A stretch of DNA of 64,000 nt from Candidatus Hodarchaeaceae archaeon (GTDB lineage Archaea; Hadarchaeota; Hadarchaeia; Hadarchaeales; Hadarchaeaceae): NCBI GenBank assembly GCA_030018135.1, contig JASEGJ010000002.1, forward strand, positions 31,309 through 95,308, given 5' to 3'. Below the pieces are notes generated by a model, which saw only the letters and a program-made list of their open reading frames with translations, had not been told where the DNA came from and searched no databases. Position 1 is the stretch's first letter; each line of letters opens with the position of its first letter. Made by a program: the position numbers and the translations under genes. This document shows positions 57,552-64,000 of the stretch, piece by piece.

Positions 57552-58576
57552 CCAAACCAATGCTCAAGTTTCACCTGTTTTTGCTCGTGCAATCCCTTGA
57601 GCAACTTGTCAATCCCGCTCTGGACCCGCTGCTCCGAAAAATCATGTTTTTCGCATAGGAACTCCTTGATCTTTTCCGACTCAGGTTCGCGCCACTTTAA
57701 CTCATATTTGGAGGTCACGTTTGGGTTGAGGAATATCTCTTGAACCTCGCGCGGATCAACTTCAAATTTATCCCCTAGCTCGGTTTGCATTATCTTTTCC
57801 ATAGATCCACGCTTTTTCACTAGCTCGAGTGCCTTCTTAGGCCCAATCCCCTTTACGCCAGCATTGTAGTCAGTGCCTATTAGGACGCCGATACACACGA
57901 GCTGTTCACGCGTTATTTCAAGCTCATCGAGCAGTTTTTGGAGTTCAATCACCTCCGGCATAACCTCGATAAAAACATCCTTGCCCGGCAGCTTGCGTCG
58001 TCCGGTTATCGCTAAGTTTCGGAGTAAAATTGGGGCACCAAAAAGCAAGCTATCGAAGTCTTGGCTGGCCGCCGCCCAAGCATCCCCCCGCCGCACCAGA
58101 TATGCCGCTTGAGCCTCGCCCTCACCTGGTGCCTGAACCCAAGCAACCCCCATGCAGTCCAAAAGTGTTTTAGCATCACTAATCATCTCACTAGTAAGCT
58201 GACCCGCGCGCTGGGCAAATTTTCTAGCCTCCTCCAGCTCGCCCGCCTCGAGTGCGGCCGCCCATTCCTCTGCTGCCTCTGCTCTGAAGGCCCGGCGCTC
58301 CTCAACAGTACGCCGTTTCAGCTTTGGGGGCTCACCGTCGAACACATAAGCAGGGCGAATTCCAAGTTCGATGAAGTTTGAAGTCCGATAAAAGAGGCCC
58401 GAAAGGTGGGACGTGATCCTTCCCCTTGAATCCCTGAGCAATTCCCCTCCCCGTTGTCTGATGATCGCTAAAAACTGGTATAGCGAGTTCATGGCGTCAA
58501 TAGCTATTATTCTACCTCGCAACTGCTCGAGCTCGATCGTCTGCTTTGGAACGATGTCGCCGAGCTGGACCCCCAC
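57548..58576 (-). CDS. fen: Flap endonuclease 1
   Basis: MGV, IDA.N.LYQFL, VFDG, EGEAQAA, SQD.DSLLFG, GTDYN and GIGPK motifs; PIP-box-like QVKLEHWF. Confidence 0.97.
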   Translation of the reverse strand: MGVQLGDIVPKQTIELEQLRGRIIAIDAMNSLYQFLAIIRQRGGELLRDSRGRITSHLSGLFYRTSNFIELGIRPAYVFDGEPPKLKRRTVEERRAFRAEAAEEWAAALEAGELEEARKFAQRAGQLTSEMISDAKTLLDCMGVAWVQAPGEGEAQAAYLVRRGDAWAAASQDFDSLLFGAPILLRNLAITGRRKLPGKDVFIEVMPEVIELQKLLDELEITREQLVCIGVLIGTDYNAGVKGIGPKKALELVKKRGSMEKIMQTELGDKFEVDPREVQEIFLNPNVTSKYELKWREPESEKIKEFLCEKHDFSEQRVQSGIDKLLKGLHEQKQVKLEHWFG

Positions 58577-58691
58577 CCTTGACACCAAAAATTAAATCGT
58601 CTTTTAAACTTAAATAATCGGATTTTAGCTGAGTTCGAAAATTTTCGTAAAAAATAAAATACGTGGTGGTGGGCCGCGATTTTTTTAATAT

Positions 58692-59129
58692 TTACTCGAT
58701 TTCAACCTCATGTCCGCGGCGAATCTCCGCTTTTGGCAATCTGACCTCTAAAACACCATCGACGTACTTTGCCTTCGCTTCTTCGGGCTTGATCTTACAT
58801 GGTAGAGGCAGTGAGCGATAGAACTTACCCACGCGACGCTCCCTGCGTAGAACACCCGGACGCTCTTCTGCTGCCTCTTTGCGCCCCTCGGCTGAGATTT
58901 CGATCATGTCTTCGGTAACGTTCAATTTTATGTCTTTCTTTTTTATGCCCGGGAGTTCAGCTGTGACAAGCACTTCGGTCGGCGTTTCGTAAATATCAAT
59001 GTATGGTTCAAAATAGCTGGGGCGCATGAACCTAGAGCGGTAAAATGCTTCGCCCAGCATCCTATCTATCTCTGACCTTAGGTCCGCTGCAAATTCAAAC
59101 GGATCCCAAATCCTACGACGCCTCCACAT
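58692..59129 (-). CDS. Small heat shock protein Hsp20
   Basis: P..DIYET, AELPG, F.R...LP and A.Y.DGVLEV.LPK motifs. Confidence 0.93.
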   Translation of the reverse strand: MWRRRRIWDPFEFAADLRSEIDRMLGEAFYRSRFMRPSYFEPYIDIYETPTEVLVTAELPGIKKKDIKLNVTEDMIEISAEGRKEAAEERPGVLRRERRVGKFYRSLPLPCKIKPEEAKAKYVDGVLEVRLPKAEIRRGHEVEIE

Positions 59130-59348
59130 TTTTACCACCCCTTTTTTCACCCGGCAACCTGCGAACTACCGTGATCGGGATCGCGCCCTTCTCAAATTCT
59201 AGGAGTGCGATATCGATTGGATTTACAACTCCCTCAGGCAAGTTGATCAATACTGGCGCGCCCATGGACACCTGTAGTACCCTAGCGCCTATAATCCTAG
59301 CCTTCTCGAATCGGGTGTACTTTTTAGGGAAAATGGGCGAGCCCCCAT
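59113..59348 (-). CDS. rpo6: RNA polymerase subunit Rpo6 (K)
   Basis: YTRFEKARIIGAR.LQ.SMGAP...P.TV.R; start codon problematic (see findings). Confidence 0.9.
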
Positions 59349-60994
59349 CACATAGGCGGCATACCGCCCATCTCTTCCTCAGCCCCGGCTCCCTTCTCCT
59401 CTTTCTCCAGCTTGCCAGCCGCGATGACATCGTCGATGCGCAATATCATTTCAGCTGCTTCACCCGCCGATTTAATCGCCTGGGTCTTGACGCGAAGTGG
59501 TTCGACGATACCCAGCTTTGAGGTGTTGGTCACCCTGCCGCTTATCACATCTACTCCGATATCTTTTCCACCCTGCTTTCCGTGCTCAGCCCGAAGCTGG
59601 ACTAAAATATCTATCGGGTCCAGACCGGCATTTTCGGCAAGCGTGCGTGGCACTATTTCAACAGCATCTGCAAAGGCATTGATGGCGAGCGCCTCTCGCC
59701 CACCAACGGTTTCAGCGTATTCGCGCAATTGTCTAGCCACCTCGATCTCTGGGGCGCCTCCGCCGGCCACGATTTTACCGTCCTCGATGGCTGCGGATAT
59801 CACACATATGCCATCGTGCACTGCTCGCTCAACCTCGTCGACCACATGTTCTGTGCCGCCCCGCACGAGCAAGCTTACGGCCCTTGGATCCTTGCAGCCC
59901 TCGACAAATATCATCTCATCACCAGCCACCTTGCGCTCTTCTACGAGGGCCGCATGGCCGAGGTCGTCGCTAGTCAGATCTTTCAAATTCGTTACCACCT
60001 TACCGCCCGTAGCGCGCGCCAGCTTTTCCATGTCTGACTCCTTGACTCGCCGCGCCGCCGAAATGCCGGATTTTGCGAGGAAGTGTTGTGCCACATCATC
60101 TATGCCCTTTTGGCAGAAGACGACATTAGCACCAGTTTCCTTGACGCGTTCAACCATCTCGCGCAACATTCGTTCCTCCTCTTCCAGGAAAGCCTTGAGT
60201 TGCTCTGGGTCCGTTATACGGATTTCAGCGTCCGTTTCGGTTTCCTTTACCTCGAGCGCACAATTTAACAGGGCAATTTTTGGGTTTTCGACCCGCTTCG
60301 GCATGCCCGGGTGGACGACCTCCTTGTCTATGATTATCCCCTTAATGAGTTGAGAGTCAGCTGAGCTGCCGCCGCTTTTCTTCTCGACCTTGATGTTGTC
60401 GATGTCCGCCACAAGCTTGCCGTTTTCTTCCTCAACTATCTGCTTGACCGCTTGAACGCATAGCTCAGCAAGCCCTCCCCCATGCATCTCCGACCCCTTG
60501 CTGCTCATGGATGTCATGGCAATTTGCTTCAGCATCCCGCCGTCGTCCTTGGAGACTTTTATTGCCATTCCATTCAAGATCTCTTGGGCCTTTTCTGCAG
60601 CTTTTCTGTAGCCCATCGCGATAACCGTGGCGTGTATGTCCTGGTCGAGCATTTCCTCGGCCTTTTTGAGGAGTTCACCTGCCAGCATAACGGCGGTGGT
60701 TGTACCATCGCCCACTTCGTCCTCTTGTGCCTTGGCGATTTCCACCATCATCTTGGCGGCGGGGTGTTCCACATCCATCTCATCTAGGATTGTAACGCCG
60801 TCGTTGGTTATGATGACATCACCGAGGTTGTCGACTAACATCTTGTCCATGCCTCGAGGCCCCAAGGTCGTGCGTATGGCCTCAGCAATTATACGGGCTG
60901 CCATGATGTTCATTCGCTGGGCATCCCGGCCGATGTACCTATGGGCTTTCTCCGGCAAAATCAAAATTGGCGTACCACCTAATTGGCCTGCCAT
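59348..60994 (-). CDS. ths: Thermosome subunit (group II chaperonin)
   Basis: [29 protein letters not shown] and LRIDDVI motifs. Confidence 0.98.
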   Translation of the reverse strand: MAGQLGGTPILILPEKAHRYIGRDAQRMNIMAARIIAEAIRTTLGPRGMDKMLVDNLGDVIITNDGVTILDEMDVEHPAAKMMVEIAKAQEDEVGDGTTTAVMLAGELLKKAEEMLDQDIHATVIAMGYRKAAEKAQEILNGMAIKVSKDDGGMLKQIAMTSMSSKGSEMHGGGLAELCVQAVKQIVEEENGKLVADIDNIKVEKKSGGSSADSQLIKGIIIDKEVVHPGMPKRVENPKIALLNCALEVKETETDAEIRITDPEQLKAFLEEEERMLREMVERVKETGANVVFCQKGIDDVAQHFLAKSGISAARRVKESDMEKLARATGGKVVTNLKDLTSDDLGHAALVEERKVAGDEMIFVEGCKDPRAVSLLVRGGTEHVVDEVERAVHDGICVISAAIEDGKIVAGGGAPEIEVARQLREYAETVGGREALAINAFADAVEIVPRTLAENAGLDPIDILVQLRAEHGKQGGKDIGVDVISGRVTNTSKLGIVEPLRVKTQAIKSAGEAAEMILRIDDVIAAGKLEKEEKGAGAEEEMGGMPPM

Positions 60995-61088
60995 AATAAT
61001 CCCTCCCCGCAGTTCTTGCTAACTTTTGCCTGTGGTCAATCGCTACTATAAATAACTTACCTATTTTTAAAATTTTTCCCTCCCCCTT

Positions 61089-62585
61089 TTACCCACCACA
61101 TTTGTCCAGCGGCATCCCCAGTTTCCGTTCGATCGTCGGCCTATGGATGGAATTCATGCTGCAAAATGGTACTATGCGCCCATCCGGCACGGCATAGTGA
61201 ATGCCACATCTTTCTATTCTATCTTGGGAGAAGTTATACGGATCCATGAAATGCATGCAGCCTATCATCAGCGCCCGCTCATGAAACTCGGCGAGCGCGG
61301 AATAGTCGCCCGTTCGAAGGATATTTAAAATTACTTTAAGTAGGTTAAGCCCCTTGGGTGCGTTTCGCATGTTTATGGTTCCGGGTATATCTTTGATGGC
61401 TTTTGCCACGACCTTCGCCTTCGCTCCAAATCTGCCCCGCTTGAGATCGGCCGCATATTTTTCAAGTAACTCGAATAACTTTTCAACATTCACGAACCGC
61501 GTTATGGGGATCATCTTGCCATCGTCGACAAAAATGTAAGTCGCAGCACCGCAGTGTTCATGACAGGTGAACTCGACGTGTGGTTTACCCTTGTAAGCCT
61601 CAACGAATAAAGAAATCGGGACTACGCACGGTACAGGATAGAAATCCGAGACCGCAATCTGTCCACTCGTCTGTTCCTCAACGGCTTTCAAAAAGTCCGG
61701 AATGGTTATCCGCCACTTTTCCCGCTGTCGCTGAGAGATGCGCCCCGCAAACGAAACTGGCTGCACGTTTACGCACCTGACTACATCCATATTCTCGATC
61801 GCGAAACGGATGATGTCGCCAACTTGATGGTCGTTTACCCCCCTGACGAGGGTCACGACGAGTACCACACTGTGAAGGCCAGCCCTGCGGCAGTTCTCAA
61901 TAGCTTTCAATTTATATTCAAGGACATTCTGCCCCCTCGTGATCTTGTACGGCTCAGGCGTGACACCGTCGAATTGAAGGTATATCGTGCTCACGCCGGC
62001 ATTCACGAGCCTCTTTACGAAGTCCAGGTCTTGGGCGAGGCGCAGCCCATTGGAGTTTACCTCTACGTGGGGAAAACCTGCCTCTTTGGCTGCACGCACG
62101 ATATCCGGGAGGTCGTCGCGGACCGTTGGTTCACCGCCCGAGAGCTGTAGCCCCGGTGCTGGCACTGGCCTATTTTCGCGAAGATTACGTATCATTTCGA
62201 CGATTTGCTTGAACGTGGGTTCGTAGACATAGCCAGCAGCTGCGGCATTCGCAAAACACACCGGACAACGCATGTTACAACGGTTGGTGACATCGATTAT
62301 ACCCAAAATCGTATGCGACTTGTGATTTGGGCATATCCCGCAGTCGAGGGGGCACCCCTTGCTTTCCTTCGTGCGGGGGTTCTCGATCCCTTTGCCGATC
62401 CGTCCAAATTTTTCGGCCCACCTGTAAAGCCATGCATCCGACCAGTAAACATCCTCAAAATCGCCGTGTTCGGGACACTTCTTGCGGATCAGCGCTTTGT
62501 CTTCTTTCTCGACCACCTCTGCCTCTATTACCCGCATGCACTCCGGACACAAACTTCTCGTTTTCTTAAGCAAATTTTCGCCCAT
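61089..62585 (-). CDS. tes: Tetraether lipid synthase (MJ0619/Tes-like radical SAM)
   Basis: N-terminal CPEC...CPEHG, CP.DCG.C..H, CNMRCPVC, C-terminal H..CG and C.IHY..PDGR..PFC; ~500 aa. Confidence 0.8.
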   Translation of the reverse strand: MGENLLKKTRSLCPECMRVIEAEVVEKEDKALIRKKCPEHGDFEDVYWSDAWLYRWAEKFGRIGKGIENPRTKESKGCPLDCGICPNHKSHTILGIIDVTNRCNMRCPVCFANAAAAGYVYEPTFKQIVEMIRNLRENRPVPAPGLQLSGGEPTVRDDLPDIVRAAKEAGFPHVEVNSNGLRLAQDLDFVKRLVNAGVSTIYLQFDGVTPEPYKITRGQNVLEYKLKAIENCRRAGLHSVVLVVTLVRGVNDHQVGDIIRFAIENMDVVRCVNVQPVSFAGRISQRQREKWRITIPDFLKAVEEQTSGQIAVSDFYPVPCVVPISLFVEAYKGKPHVEFTCHEHCGAATYIFVDDGKMIPITRFVNVEKLFELLEKYAADLKRGRFGAKAKVVAKAIKDIPGTINMRNAPKGLNLLKVILNILRTGDYSALAEFHERALMIGCMHFMDPYNFSQDRIERCGIHYAVPDGRIVPFCSMNSIHRPTIERKLGMPLDKCGG

Positions 62586-62669
62586 CCGAATCATTTACCA
62601 CTAAAAGGGGAAAATATTTAAAGGTTCCTCAACTTTTCTTAATACGAAACGTCGAACAGAGGCGCGTGC

Positions 62670-63443
62670 GTGGTAAGCGAGAAACTCCTCAGAGCCCTGA
62701 AGGATGTGGGCTTAACTGAATACGAGGCTAGGGCTTACGTCGTGTTAGTCTCCCGCGGGCCGAGTACAGCTGGCGATGTGGGCTCGGCCGCAAATGTGCC
62801 GTACTCGAGAGTTTATGACATCATCTCAAAACTTGAGCGGAGAGGATGGGTGGAGGTTCAGCCAGGGAGGCCCGCCCACTACCGTGCAAAACCACCGGCC
62901 GAAGCCATCGAGCACTCCAAAATTGAACAAGAGCAAAAATTCAAGGAGACCAGCGCGATCATCATTAAAGAACTGGAGCCGGTCTACGAGCGTAGGGCCG
63001 AAGTCAAAAGGCCAGATATCTGGGTCATCCGCGGCGAGCGAAACCTCCTTGGCAAGATCGGCGAAATGCTCGCCCGTGCCCAAGTCGAGGCATTGATCAC
63101 AGTTCCGGCCCTCATGGGTTCGATCGAACTCGAGCCTTTCGTGCAGATATTGAGCGCGAAGAACTTGGTGCTTCACGTGCTAACGGCCGAAAAACCAAGA
63201 TTAAAACTTGCACTGCCGAATCTAGAGATCCGTTGCCGCAAACCGCTCTTCGGTGGCGGGGTCATCGTTGACGGGAAGGAGGTCCTGCTCCTTCTCACGA
63301 GCGGCGAGGAAAAGCTGGGCATATGGTCGGACGAGGTCGGACTGGCGAAATTCGCGAAGGAGTACTTTGAATATCTATGGAGGGACTCCAGCATTCCCAG
63401 AGCACATCGTCAAGAAAGAAGTGCAAGGGCGGAGCGTAGGTAA
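62670..63443 (+). CDS. TrmB family transcriptional regulator
   Basis: GLTEYEA..Y..L, VP.SRVYD...L...G and P..Y.A.PP motifs. Confidence 0.9.
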   Translation: MVSEKLLRALKDVGLTEYEARAYVVLVSRGPSTAGDVGSAANVPYSRVYDIISKLERRGWVEVQPGRPAHYRAKPPAEAIEHSKIEQEQKFKETSAIIIKELEPVYERRAEVKRPDIWVIRGERNLLGKIGEMLARAQVEALITVPALMGSIELEPFVQILSAKNLVLHVLTAEKPRLKLALPNLEIRCRKPLFGGGVIVDGKEVLLLLTSGEEKLGIWSDEVGLAKFAKEYFEYLWRDSSIPRAHRQERSARAERR

Positions 63444-63493
63444 CTTATAATTTGGGAAAGTTGTGAGTATAAACAAATCGTGAGGGCGGCAAA

Positions 63494-63724
63494 TTGGAAA
63501 GGACTACGCGATTTTTGAGGGACGATAAGGAAATCCATAGAGATGTTGAAATAAATCGTAGGTATCTGGACGAAACTAAGAGGGTGCGGGACGCTAAGTT
63601 AAGAGCCCTACTTATCGAATTCGTTCGCGAGGAGGAAGAGCATCAGAAGCGGAAAATTGACCTCATCAGACGGGCACTTCGTAGGATCGAGGAGATTGGG
63701 ACAATTAGCAAAGGCAAGCCGTGA
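63494..63724 (+). CDS. Small ferritin-like helical protein
   Basis: E...Y and EEEEH pattern; weak. Confidence 0.45.
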   Translation: MERTTRFLRDDKEIHRDVEINRRYLDETKRVRDAKLRALLIEFVREEEEHQKRKIDLIRRALRRIEEIGTISKGKP

Positions 63725-64000
63725 TGGACTCAAAAGCGGCAGAAAAAGGGCTCGAGGCCGCAGACGTGATGAGTTCTGGAGATTTTGTAATTTTGAATTA
63801 CAAAGGGCAATGGACGGAAATCTTTACAAGATATTTTTCAACATCGGAATTATCATATCCCGCCGTCTTTTTAGCGTTTTCCATAGTTCTTTGGGTGCCG
63901 TTCAAATAAGGCTTTAATTTTTGAACCATAATCCATCGTCAATGAAGATTTGACCGGGAGGAGGGGTGAACAATGCAAAGGAGGTTTGATCCATGCAACC

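Noticed and set aside
59412-60353. Long antisense ORFs (this one, 18647-19429, 37185-37844 and others)
   Set aside because: Shadow ORFs opposite well-supported genes in GC-rich DNA, with no protein motifs.
63721-63909. 62-aa ORF near the window end
   Set aside because: No motif or other support beyond being open.

Overview
Archaeal chromosomal segment (TFB, Rpo6, rpS8e, thermosome, TiaS, Fen1, DacZ, tetraether synthase). Gene content suggests a euryarchaeal-type uncultured lineage, possibly Hadarchaeia-like; this is a low-confidence inference. Most of the window is densely packed housekeeping genes, with a decayed accessory patch at ~11.7-17 kb (Hsp20, AbiEii, MFS and VapBC frameshifted remnants). 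Main discovery: the RNase HII gene (rnhB) is interrupted inside its catalytic DEAGRG motif by a 29-nt insert that folds into a near-canonical bulge-helix-bulge. Removal at the standard EndA cleavage positions restores the frame and motif exactly, making it a candidate mRNA intron. Just downstream lie two divergently oriented, promoter-bearing, ~290-nt highly structured non-coding RNA candidates that I cannot assign to a known family; one has a group I intron-like core arrangement. Also notable: a short SMC with no recognisable hinge in an smc-scpA-scpB operon, a free-standing LAGLIDADG-wHTH protein, and a catalytically degenerate primase-like gene paired with a Cas2-like gene under repeated palindromic sites. 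No tRNA, rRNA or CRISPR array was seen. All calls are by eye from sequence motifs; no searches were run.
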